Below are positions 16,431 to 25,214 of a stretch of 53,571 bases of DNA, piece after piece. Source of the stretch: a virus (taxonomy: Duplodnaviria > Caudoviricetes); IMG/VR virus record IMGVR_UViG_3300012816_000027, positions 1 through 53,571 of that record. One strand, written 5' to 3'. Under the pieces are notes generated by a model that was not told where the DNA came from, ran no database searches, and saw only the letters and a program-made list of their open reading frames with translations. Positions within the stretch are counted from its first letter, which is position 1, and the number at the start of each line of letters is the position of its first letter. The translations under genes were made by a program, and so were the position numbers.

Positions 16431-16643
16431 ATGTTTCTCAACGAGGAAGAACTGCTCGAACTGACCGGAAAACAACGTGCGCGCTCTCAGCAAAAAGCAC
16501 TCAACCAAATGGGCATTACCTTTCATGTGCGGGCAGACGGCAAGACCTTGGTACTCGAGGAAACGATTCACCAAGTTTTTGCAGTAAAGCAATCAACCCA
16601 ACCGAAGAGAGAATTCACAATGAATCTGGAAGCCGCAAAATAG
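16431..16643 (+). CDS. DUF4224-like excisionase-type DNA-binding protein
   Basis: MFLNEEELLELTG...Q..AL...GI.F.VRADG..LV signature. Confidence 0.75.
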   Translation: MFLNEEELLELTGKQRARSQQKALNQMGITFHVRADGKTLVLEETIHQVFAVKQSTQPKREFTMNLEAAK

Positions 16644-16668
16644 AGTATTCGAACGGAAAGATCGCTCA

Positions 16669-16911
16669 TCAGGACCGGGATAGCGCAGCAAAATCAGGCT
16701 CTACTCTGTGTTTCGCAGCGCCGGCCCGAATCTCTCCGGACATGCGCGCATCGTGCCACCCTCTCCATACCTGCGGAAAGCCGCGAATGTTCTCTACGTA
16801 TGGCCAGCGGTTCCTATCGAGCCATCGCTTCATGCATGCATAGCTGTTCGGTTTGCAACCGATGAGGGTCGATAATTCTGTTGCGGTCAGGTAATCATTG
16901 ATCATCAGCAT
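16669..16911 (-). CDS. Second DUF4224-like protein
   Basis: YLTATELSTLIGC...RWLDRNRWPYV..RGFPQVWR...EPDFAAL signature. Confidence 0.7.
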   Translation of the reverse strand: MLMINDYLTATELSTLIGCKPNSYACMKRWLDRNRWPYVENIRGFPQVWRGWHDARMSGEIRAGAAKHRVEPDFAALSRS

Positions 16912-18067
16912 TCTTTCCTTGCCGCTTAATCGGGTCCGTCTCGTCAGCTACCGCAAGCGCCCAGCTTGCCCACCGCGCGGCCAGATCGCGCTCCTCCGGC
17001 GTCCCACCCCTCGCGGCCAACTGCCTGGCATCAACGAAGCTTCTGATTTCCTGGGCCTTCCTCCATTCAGAAATCTCAAGCTGGAGCTGCGCCCTCCGCT
17101 CATCCTCCGCCCTCTTCCAGCGCGCAAGTTCCTCTTGTAATCGCTCCTCTTTGTGGCGCTGGATCGTAGTGTCCAATTCCGCCTTCTCTTGCTGCAGCCG
17201 CTCTACTCGATAGATTTCACGGTGCCGGTAGGAGAATTCAGCCACGATCAGGAAGCCGGCGACAACTTCCCTCATCTGCGCCTCTAGAGGCTCCGACGGC
17301 AAATCGCGCCATTCTGTCTTGAGGCCATGCCCTGGTTTATGACAAATCACCAGCTCGAGATCCCCGGAGCGCTCATACTCCGCCACACGCCGTGCCGTTT
17401 CATCTTCCGGCGCGCCCACATTTCGCAGCTCGAAGTGCAGCCCGGTATCCCAAATCCAAATATTCCAATTGAAGGCGTGATCTGTCGTTTTGGCTGAGTT
17501 GCCGCCACAAGACGCCAAAGCATTAAGCAACGTATTGAGGATAAAAAGCCGGCGCTTGCCCTGCTTGGTTGCAGAAATGATGGGATGGAAGTGCACATCA
17601 AGCGATGTCCCGGTCAGCTTCGGCTTCCTTCTTTCATCTCTCGCAAGGAGCTTGGATATTTCCCTATGAATCCGAGAGAGCGTTTTTCTGATAGGTGCGG
17701 CAGCTGCTAACGCATGAGCCCGAGACTCGATGAGAGGCCGGTCATCCGGAAAGGCCGGCGCGGTCAGCGGTGGCCCCTCCAGAAACACCCGGCGCCACGC
17801 ACCGGCCCCCATTTTGGACTCGTCAATAAGCGGGACATAATCTGCCTGACCGAGCTGCCTATCGGGCAACGCCGCCCTTTTTACCTTCGCCCCAGGATTT
17901 ACATTGTTCCAATGGTGTCGATCTGGCCGTGGAATATTAGCCGCTTCACAAGCGGCCTTAAGTTGCTCCGGCGACATGCCAAGCCGCAGTGCAATATCCT
18001 TCGCTGGCTCAGACCAAATCAGGTCGTACAGATCGGAGCGTGAGATGCGGGTCACATTAAATGCCAC
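16895..18067 (-). CDS. Hypothetical protein with N-terminal HTH (SRxxLYxxVWxxP type) and C-terminal coiled coil
   Basis: ISRSDLYDLIWSEP..IA.RLGMS...L..AC...NIPRP..HHW; C-terminal W..WA..VAD..DP; start chosen at GTG 18067 (uncertain). Confidence 0.65.
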   Translation of the reverse strand: MAFNVTRISRSDLYDLIWSEPAKDIALRLGMSPEQLKAACEAANIPRPDRHHWNNVNPGAKVKRAALPDRQLGQADYVPLIDESKMGAGAWRRVFLEGPPLTAPAFPDDRPLIESRAHALAAAAPIRKTLSRIHREISKLLARDERRKPKLTGTSLDVHFHPIISATKQGKRRLFILNTLLNALASCGGNSAKTTDHAFNWNIWIWDTGLHFELRNVGAPEDETARRVAEYERSGDLELVICHKPGHGLKTEWRDLPSEPLEAQMREVVAGFLIVAEFSYRHREIYRVERLQQEKAELDTTIQRHKEERLQEELARWKRAEDERRAQLQLEISEWRKAQEIRSFVDARQLAARGGTPEERDLAARWASWALAVADETDPIKRQGKNADDQ

Positions 18068-18184
18068 GGACGTTGCCCCCGTATAGAAGTGATCTTGAAA
18101 CCGTCCCAAAAAGTAAGTCGGCTCACTGCGAGTAATTTTGAGCAAATATGATACCGTTAAGAAACATCCATCCATGTCTAACTT

Positions 18185-19249
18185 ATGAATAAATCACTTC
18201 CAGTTTGGGTCACTTTCTTGAGTCCTTTCACGCTGATCGGCCCTGGTGCTGAAGATGCAAGGATGTTGGGTATGATTCCTCAAATCATCTTTCCTCCTGT
18301 TGGAAACCCTCTTCCGTTGCCTCATCTGGCCGAGGTGGGTGCAACACTAAGATCTGATGAGGGAATTCAAGCGCGGATTACTAAAGACGGCACATTAGTC
18401 ATTCCAAGAACGGACAAATGCAGCTCGATAAATCAAGCTGTCGATGTAGCCAATGACATTTTTGGAACGCTACTTCTGGGAAACTTCCATGCTGAAACCG
18501 TTAATCAGACAGCAATAGTGGCGGGCTTCTTCGATGGGGAAACAAGGTCAACTTTGATCTGCAACGTCTGCGCTCACGGGATGATGCGAGCAGGGAGACA
18601 TGGCTGGGAAACATCAAGCTTACTCAGCAGTCCCCGGGTCGAAAAAACAGAAGCCGTGGAGAACGCATATCTTATTGGACTAAACAGAAAAAAGCTCCTT
18701 CCAAACTTTCCAGTTTCAACATTTATCCAAGGCTACACGGGACTAATTAGGAGCAATGTATCGGACGCAATTATTGGCCTTTGGGCTACTACTGAAAGTC
18801 TCACCGAGGAACTGTGCAAACGTCACATGGGATCTCGAAAAAGGCGGCGCGAAAGCAAACATAAAACAGCTAAACTTGACTGGCGCACTCTCACAGTTGG
18901 CGAACGCCATTCTGAATTGCGCAACCGTAACGTAATTGGATCTGCCCTTCTAGCGAACCTCAATAAATGTCGATTAGCAAGAAACAATCTTATTCATAGT
19001 CAAAAAATTCCGACCTACGATGTGGCCGCATTGCTCTGGGAATCCATGGTCGATATGCTTGTGATTACGTCCTCCGATGAGTCCCTCCGAGAACTAAAAT
19101 CCATAATCGCTTATGCATACAGTCCTATGGCAAAATGGTGCGCTCCGCTGAACGAACTAGTTCACCCCACTTTTGACAAACCACCGCCCAGTCTTCCCGC
19201 GGAGTTCGTGCTACCAAACTGGGACTTATGGCGCGACAGAGATCAGTAA
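18185..19249 (+). CDS. HEPN-domain (ApeA-like) protein, moron
   Basis: GLWATTESL helix followed by RNNLIH (RxxxxH); AT-richer than the flanking virion genes; opposite strand to the late operon. Confidence 0.6.
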   Translation: MNKSLPVWVTFLSPFTLIGPGAEDARMLGMIPQIIFPPVGNPLPLPHLAEVGATLRSDEGIQARITKDGTLVIPRTDKCSSINQAVDVANDIFGTLLLGNFHAETVNQTAIVAGFFDGETRSTLICNVCAHGMMRAGRHGWETSSLLSSPRVEKTEAVENAYLIGLNRKKLLPNFPVSTFIQGYTGLIRSNVSDAIIGLWATTESLTEELCKRHMGSRKRRRESKHKTAKLDWRTLTVGERHSELRNRNVIGSALLANLNKCRLARNNLIHSQKIPTYDVAALLWESMVDMLVITSSDESLRELKSIIAYAYSPMAKWCAPLNELVHPTFDKPPPSLPAEFVLPNWDLWRDRDQ

Positions 19250-19298
19250 CCAACTCCACCGTTGGAACTGAATTAAAGCTCAGTACCACTCTCATTGA

Positions 19299-19544
19299 TC
19301 ACTTCTTCCCAGTCGGCTCCCACCCGCAGGCGCGGCGGCCTGTCTCGTTATGGACCAGGATCTGCGCCGCCGTATCCGGGTCCAGCTTGTCCGCCTTGGC
19401 GATCAGGATGGGTCGGAACAGCTTGCAGCTGTTGTCCACGATGACCTGAGCCTTGTCCTCTTCCAGCTTATGGACGCGTCCAGTCATCTCGCAGCCGCTG
19501 ATCAACAGCATCAGCAGACAGGCCGGCAATCTCGTTTTCCACAT
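19299..19544 (-). CDS. o-spanin (Rz1-like lipoprotein)
   Basis: MWKTRLPACLLMLLISGC lipobox, overlapping the i-spanin in another frame. Confidence 0.75.
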   Translation of the reverse strand: MWKTRLPACLLMLLISGCEMTGRVHKLEEDKAQVIVDNSCKLFRPILIAKADKLDPDTAAQILVHNETGRRACGWEPTGKK

Positions 19545-19740
19545 TGGTTCGCTCCTGAGCCGCATTGGCGCTGGCTTGCGCGGTAGCGGCATTGTGTTCA
19601 GCAACTTCTTTCTGGGATTCAGCAACTTCTTGCGCGGCCTCGGCCTTGCTGGTCTTGGCCTGCTGGCGCATGAACAGGCCGGCGATGATGCCGACCAGGC
19701 CGGCCAGCCAGGGGCCGATCTTGAGCAGCAGCGCGATCAT
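19468..19740 (-). CDS. i-spanin (Rz-like)
   Basis: N-terminal TM plus Ala/Gln/Glu coiled coil, directly after the endolysin. Confidence 0.75.
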   Translation of the reverse strand: MIALLLKIGPWLAGLVGIIAGLFMRQQAKTSKAEAAQEVAESQKEVAEHNAATAQASANAAQERTNVENEIAGLSADAVDQRLRDDWTRP

Positions 19741-20138
19741 GATGCATCCTTGATTTCGATGGTGACGGGATCGCTGGTGGTGCGCAGCTTCGTGAAGAGG
19801 CGGTCGAACGCTACCTTGCTCTGACCCAACCAGTCCGGCGCAGGCGCATCACCGACTAGGATGCAGCCGTCGGTATCCTCGGCCTGGTTGCCCTGATGGA
19901 TGCGGATGCCTTCGAAGCCCGGGACGTTGAGCAGTAGCGGCAGCACGCGCTTGAATCGCGGCGACATGGTGAGCACCACCTGATAGACGCCGGCGGGGAT
20001 GGCGGTCCGTCCATAGACCTTCACGCCGCGCGGGCGGACGATATCCTCCAGGGTATGGCATTCGAATTTCCCATCGAGGAAAAGCTTGCCTGCCGTGCTC
20101 TGCTTGGTGCTGGGCTCACGCTGTAGGGTGAGTTTCAT
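19737..20138 (-). CDS. Putative endolysin, DUF5675 (YkuD/L,D-transpeptidase-like)
   Basis: T.GKL...C.TLED, TAIPAG.Y, GIRIHQGN...DTDGCILVG; located between holin and spanins. Confidence 0.75.
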   Translation of the reverse strand: MKLTLQREPSTKQSTAGKLFLDGKFECHTLEDIVRPRGVKVYGRTAIPAGVYQVVLTMSPRFKRVLPLLLNVPGFEGIRIHQGNQAEDTDGCILVGDAPAPDWLGQSKVAFDRLFTKLRTTSDPVTIEIKDAS

Positions 20139-20364
20139 CGTCGCCGTTCTCAGCCGGAGCCGGCTGCTTGAGGTATGCCGCGCCGCAGATGCACACCAGG
20201 ATCAGCCCGGCCACGCCCTGAGCCACCCAGATGGGCAACGTGCCGCCCAGGCCAGCGGAAGTCAGCGCAGCCCAACCAGCCATCACGGCAGCGCCGACCT
20301 TGGCCAAGCGCACACTCCAGCGGCGATGGATTGCGGCCTTGTCATCAACCAGTTGGATTTTCAT
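20116..20364 (-). CDS. Holin
   Basis: 82 aa with two TM segments, WSVRL motif, upstream of the endolysin. Confidence 0.7.
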   Translation of the reverse strand: MKIQLVDDKAAIHRRWSVRLAKVGAAVMAGWAALTSAGLGGTLPIWVAQGVAGLILVCICGAAYLKQPAPAENGDDETHPTA

Positions 20365-20687
20365 CGTGTCCACCTCCCTAGCGATTGAGGCTGATTCTGC
20401 GCACGCCATTTCTCCAGGCTTTCGATCCGCAGATCCTGGCGACTGTCGTTGATTTTGATTTCCGCAATGGCAGTGGCCTGCGCTGCGCGATAGGTTTCGT
20501 CACGCTGATCGCGAGCCACCTGCTGCTGCTTGGCTTCCGCCTGTTGCTCAAGGACGCGTTCCAACTTCCCGTTCTGGCTTGCAGCGAACCAGACCAGCGA
20601 GCAGAGAGTGGAAAGCACCGTGAGGCAGAATGGATAAATCCACACGGACTGCTTGCGCTGCTCCTGGTCTTTAACCTCCGCCATCAA
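20361..20687 (-). CDS. Single-TM coiled-coil protein (holin/antiholin-like)
   Basis: One TM helix plus coiled coil ending RIESLEK; first gene of the lysis cassette. Confidence 0.6.
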   Translation of the reverse strand: MMAEVKDQEQRKQSVWIYPFCLTVLSTLCSLVWFAASQNGKLERVLEQQAEAKQQQVARDQRDETYRAAQATAIAEIKINDSRQDLRIESLEKWRAQNQPQSLGRWTR

Positions 20688-21556
20688 AGCCCCCAGACGG
20701 TCAACTTCACCGCAGTGCCATCAGGTGCAGGAGCCTGCCCGATGACGCCGGTAACCAGGTCTGCGGTTGTGGACGCGTTGCAGGTAACGGTCAGCGTTTT
20801 GCCACCGTTGCTGAAGGCCCAGCCCATCTGATACGAGGCAGTAGCGTCATTGACGATGAGCTGCACGCTGTCCTGGAATACCTCGGAGAACAGCGCATTG
20901 CCGGTAGCCAGGCCATCATCGGTCAGATGGAACGTGGCAACACCGCTTTCCACCGTGGCGCTCTTGAATACTGGGAACGTGGCATATTTCGGCGCGCTCA
21001 GATCAGCAATCTGGCCAGCCAGTTCGGTAACGGTAGGAAGCTTGGGGCGGGTATCGGCATACCCGGAAATGATCGAGTCCCACGCGGATAGGAATTCTGC
21101 CTTGCTGGTGATTATCCCGTCTTCAATCTCGGCCATCGTGGTCACGAACGCTTCAACGATAGCCTGTTTGAAGTTCCAATAGCCTTCGAAGATGCCGATG
21201 ATTTCCGCATTGGTGAAGACGCCGAAGCCATCTTGAAGATTGAAGGTCACAGCGCGCTGAGCAGTTGGCTCTTCACGTAATGCGGTGGAATACCAGTACG
21301 GCCAGTTTTCCTGTGCATACACAAACGCGATCGAGCCGGAAACATACGGCTGCGAATTCGCGGCAGAGCGGGTCTCGCGCGCCAGCTGTTGCAAGCCCTC
21401 CTTGTTCCAGTACCAGCCGCCATTGACCACATCCCAATACATGGCCTCGCTCTCCGGAACATCCAGAACTTCAATGTAGCCAGGGGGTACGGGAACCATT
21501 GGGGGGTTCGTTTGAAATTCAAGCTTGCCCGTAACTTCATTGACGTAGTAGGCCAT
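20684..21556 (-). CDS. Tail-fibre-associated protein (DUF4376-like N-terminal half plus beta-rich C-terminal domain)
   Basis: Position after the fibre and chaperone genes; YWD..NGGW start, helical middle, beta-rich C-terminus. Confidence 0.5.
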   Translation of the reverse strand: MAYYVNEVTGKLEFQTNPPMVPVPPGYIEVLDVPESEAMYWDVVNGGWYWNKEGLQQLARETRSAANSQPYVSGSIAFVYAQENWPYWYSTALREEPTAQRAVTFNLQDGFGVFTNAEIIGIFEGYWNFKQAIVEAFVTTMAEIEDGIITSKAEFLSAWDSIISGYADTRPKLPTVTELAGQIADLSAPKYATFPVFKSATVESGVATFHLTDDGLATGNALFSEVFQDSVQLIVNDATASYQMGWAFSNGGKTLTVTCNASTTADLVTGVIGQAPAPDGTAVKLTVWGL

Positions 21557-21559
21557 GAC

Positions 21560-21793
21560 TCACTCTCCCCCTGTTGCGCTGAGTGCTCTCAGCTCATCTA
21601 GCGTGTTGCAGACATCGGCAGCATCGGTAATGTCGCGCAGGCGCTGCTTCTCAGCGATAACTGCTGAATTGTCGGCACCAGACTCCAGATTGCGCTGGAA
21701 TTCAATATCCAAAGCTGCCAGCAGTGGATCGCGCTCGCGCCGAAGACGGGCCTTGGTGATTTCCTTGGCCTTCTCGAAATTGGTCTGGATCAT
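21560..21793 (-). CDS. Tail fibre assembly chaperone-like protein
   Basis: LRRERDPLLAALD...EKQRLRDIT motif; ATGA-coupled to the upstream gene. Confidence 0.65.
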   Translation of the reverse strand: MIQTNFEKAKEITKARLRRERDPLLAALDIEFQRNLESGADNSAVIAEKQRLRDITDAADVCNTLDELRALSATGGE

Positions 21794-22080
21794 GCTGGAT
21801 ACTCCCATGCGTCACGGAAAGTGCGATCAGTGGGGATCACGCTGACATCAACAATTTTGAATTCGGTCCCAGGAGGAAGGTCTTTAGCAGCCAGTCTGCC
21901 TAAAAACTCTTCATCAGTTTCTGGCCGATATTGGGACGGAGAAACAATATTCCCCTCATCGTCAAGAACTTCGTTGGCTATCTTCAAATGCTCCCTCGCA
22001 TTTTCAGCAGGAATAAGAATGCCAACTCCAATGTGACCTGATTCATCCGCAGGAAGCGGGTAAATAATTCGTTTGTCCAT
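21790..22080 (-). CDS. Tail-fibre-associated protein
   Basis: MDKRIIY...AAKDLP.G..FKIVD...IPTDRTFRDAW motif. Confidence 0.6.
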   Translation of the reverse strand: MDKRIIYPLPADESGHIGVGILIPAENAREHLKIANEVLDDEGNIVSPSQYRPETDEEFLGRLAAKDLPPGTEFKIVDVSVIPTDRTFRDAWEYPA

Positions 22081-23159
22081 TAGGTCACCGCTAAGCAAAT
22101 AGTTGGGAAATCAATTCGTGTTCCTGCTCCCGCAGCTTCTGCGCCACTCTCAATCACAATCGCCGTAGAGCCTTGAGAAAAGCCGCGACAAGTTCTGGGG
22201 CTGCCGCCAGCCAAAATTGTCGCGTCAGGAATAAACGTAATTTTCATCGCGCCCGATGCATTTACAGTACTCGTGAAGTTGACCGTATAGAGACCAACGC
22301 CAGTGTCGCCAACAGTCGTTACGTTGTACGAATCGCGGATCGTAATAGCCCCGGTGCCATTGAAATTGACCCAGGCACGATCAAGATTTTTTGCAATGGG
22401 CGGCGTGGAGAATGTTTTGGTACCGGCGATTGTCTCTGCTCCTGCCAGGTGCACCACCAATGCATCCAGCGCCGCCAATGCAGCCGACACAAAAGCAGTG
22501 TTTGCAGCATTCTGAGAGCTGTTCCCTGCGGCCACATTGGGGATTTGGGGAGACAGTGAAAATGTCTTTGTCCCGCCTATCGTTTCATTCCCCGTTTTAT
22601 GAACGAGATCCGCCGGATTGATTGATGCCGCTGCTGCCACTGCTGCTGCCGCTGCTTCCTGCGCAAGTGCAACATTTTCAGCATCCGTGGTACTGATTGT
22701 CAGATTGCCAGCGGCATCAAAAGCAAGGATGGTATTTGCCCGCTGTGCGGCAGACTGGGTAATCGACTGGTCGGCGGTGGTGGTGAAAGGCAGCTTGATG
22801 GACGCCTTCTGGCTTTGCGCCATCTGCTGCAGAGCCAGCCAGAGGCGGTCGAAATCGCTGTTCACCGTGGGTGAACGGAAGTCGCCATTCTGCTGATAGT
22901 CGGTCTGGCGGTCGAATGCCAGATTCATCCGTGCGACGACATTCTCTCCGCCGACCATGGGCGCAAGGAACGTGATATTGCCGCCATTGTTGGCTCCTAC
23001 ACCAGACAGGCTGTAGTCCGTGCCGATCACTTTTGCAACACCATTGACAAGCACCGTCATGTCATCGGACTTGATGATCTTGAAGGTGTAAGGGAATACC
23101 GTCGCACCAGGAGCGGCGGTATATTCATTGAACGGTGGATTTGCTGCTGATACGGTCAC
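22080..23159 (-). CDS. Tail fibre protein
   Basis: T7-gp17-like N-terminal adaptor domain (FPYTFK...DFDRLWLALQQ), two VH..G.ETI.GTKTFS repeats, RAWVNFNGTG..IR.SYNV C-terminal tip. Confidence 0.85.
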   Translation of the reverse strand: MTVSAANPPFNEYTAAPGATVFPYTFKIIKSDDMTVLVNGVAKVIGTDYSLSGVGANNGGNITFLAPMVGGENVVARMNLAFDRQTDYQQNGDFRSPTVNSDFDRLWLALQQMAQSQKASIKLPFTTTADQSITQSAAQRANTILAFDAAGNLTISTTDAENVALAQEAAAAAVAAAASINPADLVHKTGNETIGGTKTFSLSPQIPNVAAGNSSQNAANTAFVSAALAALDALVVHLAGAETIAGTKTFSTPPIAKNLDRAWVNFNGTGAITIRDSYNVTTVGDTGVGLYTVNFTSTVNASGAMKITFIPDATILAGGSPRTCRGFSQGSTAIVIESGAEAAGAGTRIDFPTICLAVT

Positions 23160-23194
23160 GGCGGCCTCGCTGACTAGAGCGCCGTGCAAGGCGC

Positions 23195-24838
23195 TCAGGT
23201 TTCGAGCGTTACTTCATAGACGCCCGTTGATTGACGCCAATCTTCCCGCCTATCGGCAGTCGGTTTCCCGACTAATTTATTAATGCGCACAGGGGCCTGC
23301 TCCACCGCGCCAGCGCCGCTGTCCAGGAAGTCGTCGGGCTGCTCCTTGACCTCCGGCTTCCAATCCTTCATCTGGTCCCACAGCGGACCGTTGAGCACAT
23401 CGATATGCGCCCACAGGACGCCGGACTTTAGCGGCCCTTCCAGCGATCCCAGAATGCGCTCATTCTTGTTCGTGCTTTCCTGTATCTCAGTCACGCCCAC
23501 GGCCAGGCCGCGCTGCTTCAGGGCGCGCTGCAGCAGCTTGCCGGCGAAGCTGCCCACGCCGTTGGTCTCCACATAGACGTGCAGGATGTTGGCCTTGGCG
23601 ATGATGTCGCAGGCCTGCAGCACCTGGCCGGATTCGATGACGGTATTGCGCGAATCGCTGAAGACGGCGAAATCACCCGTCAGCTCTTGGCAGACGTGCC
23701 AGTAGTGATTACCCAGGCTGTCGTCGTACACCACCGACAGAGCCGACGCATCGCTCTTCTTCTTGCCCAGCGATGGATCCCAGTAAGCGCGCCCGCTGAC
23801 GATGTGCGTCTTGCCCAGCATCATGCGCACCGCGCGGTTCGCATACTCCAGGCGAGGCTGCACGTCGTAGGCCTTGATCAGTTCCGGGTCAAGGCGGCTC
23901 TCGTTGATCGGCTTGGCTTCCAGCATATATTGGCTGTCCCAGTAGTTAATGGTCCGGGTCTTCTTGCGGCGGCGCTCTACGTCGTCCCGGGTGAATCGCT
24001 CCGGCCAGGCGCAATGTGCGTAGATATCCAGCAGCTTGCCGGGCGGCTTGGTGAAGACGATATCCTGGCTATCGACCGTGAAATCCTCGCCCTGCACCAG
24101 CAGCTTGGCATGCTTGTGGATGCCGACGAAGACATACAGGCCGTCATCGCCAGGCTTAAAGGGGAAGCGGTACCGCAGCCGTGCGGCGGTTTCCTCATAG
24201 CGGATGGCCGACTCGAAGAGGGGAATCTTCAGCGAGGCCGCGCCGTTCTCGATCAGCTCAGGGTAGATCGAGTTGTGCGTGTGCGGCGTGCCGATGTAGG
24301 TCTCTTGCCCGCCGGGGACCAGGATGAAGGTGGCCTCCTGAATCTTGTCGCGCAAGTTCTCCCGCGCCTCGGCGGTCTTGATGTTCTTCGGCACCTCGAC
24401 GTCGTCATAGTCGATGCTCTTGGCGCGCGCAGAGGTCACGTTCTGGTCCACGCCGGTGGCCGTCATGCTGGCGTTACGCGCATCTACCGATCCCATCACC
24501 CAGAACATCTGCGCGCCCGGCTTGGTAGGCAGCATGCCGCCGCACAGCGGATGCCGGCGCAGGATGTTGATGGTGTCGCGCGTCAGCTTGGTGGCCAGCT
24601 TGCCGTCGGCAGCCCAGATCAGGGATACCCAAGTGCGGTCGCAGTAGAGCTGCCAGGCTTTGTACACCGCGAAGATGGACGACTTGGCCGCGCCACGGAA
24701 GACCTGGAGCACGCGCACAGGATCGTCCGTGTGCTCCAGCCAATGGCAGACCCGCACGTGCAAGGTTGGCACCTTCCACTTCATCACCTTGGCCCACAGG
24801 AGGAAGAAGGCCAGGAAGCTGATCGGCTTATTTTCCAT
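23195..24838 (-). CDS. terL: Terminase large subunit
   Basis: FRGAAKS Walker A, DYDDVE Walker B, IGTPH coupling motif, WPERF, YWDPS, VETNG, DDFLDS nuclease motifs. Confidence 0.92.
   Translation of the reverse strand: MENKPISFLAFFLLWAKVMKWKVPTLHVRVCHWLEHTDDPVRVLQVFRGAAKSSIFAVYKAWQLYCDRTWVSLIWAADGKLATKLTRDTINILRRHPLCGGMLPTKPGAQMFWVMGSVDARNASMTATGVDQNVTSARAKSIDYDDVEVPKNIKTAEARENLRDKIQEATFILVPGGQETYIGTPHTHNSIYPELIENGAASLKIPLFESAIRYEETAARLRYRFPFKPGDDGLYVFVGIHKHAKLLVQGEDFTVDSQDIVFTKPPGKLLDIYAHCAWPERFTRDDVERRRKKTRTINYWDSQYMLEAKPINESRLDPELIKAYDVQPRLEYANRAVRMMLGKTHIVSGRAYWDPSLGKKKSDASALSVVYDDSLGNHYWHVCQELTGDFAVFSDSRNTVIESGQVLQACDIIAKANILHVYVETNGVGSFAGKLLQRALKQRGLAVGVTEIQESTNKNERILGSLEGPLKSGVLWAHIDVLNGPLWDQMKDWKPEVKEQPDDFLDSGAGAVEQAPVRINKLVGKPTADRREDWRQSTGVYEVTLET
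23240..23274 (-). promoter_or_regulatory. Putative late promoter 3 (inside the terL 3' end, upstream of the tail fibre)
   Basis: TAGTCGGGAAACCGAC-N13-GAAGAT. Confidence 0.65.
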
Positions 24839-25214
24839 GGACCTTCTTATCGAATACCGCCTTCTTTGCCCCGCTCTGGATCTCGGCAAGCATCTTCTGC
24901 GCTTCCTTTTCGGCGCGCGCGATCTCGGAATCCAGGCCTTCGTCCTCTGCTTCCTGCACCTCTTCGGCATCCGGCGCGCCGCTTTCTATGCCGCCCATCC
25001 GGATTCGGCCTTGCAGGCTGGTGGTCTTCATGAAAAGCGTGATGGTGCCAGCCGCCACTTTTTTGCACCAGTACAAGTCGCCCCTCGTCTTCTGGTCCAT
25101 CTGCGCCAGCGGAATACCAGCGCCCGGCCACTTATCTGGATCGGCCTCGGTCAGAAACACATCCATCAGCTTTTCGCTTAGCCCCTGCAACCGCAGGTAT
25201 TGGTCTTGCCGCAT
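24828..25214 (-). CDS. terS: Probable terminase small subunit
   Basis: 128 aa directly upstream of and overlapping terL; TAATG-coupled to the previous gene. Confidence 0.55.
   Translation of the reverse strand: MRQDQYLRLQGLSEKLMDVFLTEADPDKWPGAGIPLAQMDQKTRGDLYWCKKVAAGTITLFMKTTSLQGRIRMGGIESGAPDAEEVQEAEDEGLDSEIARAEKEAQKMLAEIQSGAKKAVFDKKVHGK

Noticed and set aside
20684-23159. BPP-1-type diversity-generating retroelement or fibre shufflon
   Set aside because: No reverse transcriptase or invertase in the window and no TR/VR pair or inverted cassettes seen; the two GTKTFS repeats are ordinary fibre repeats
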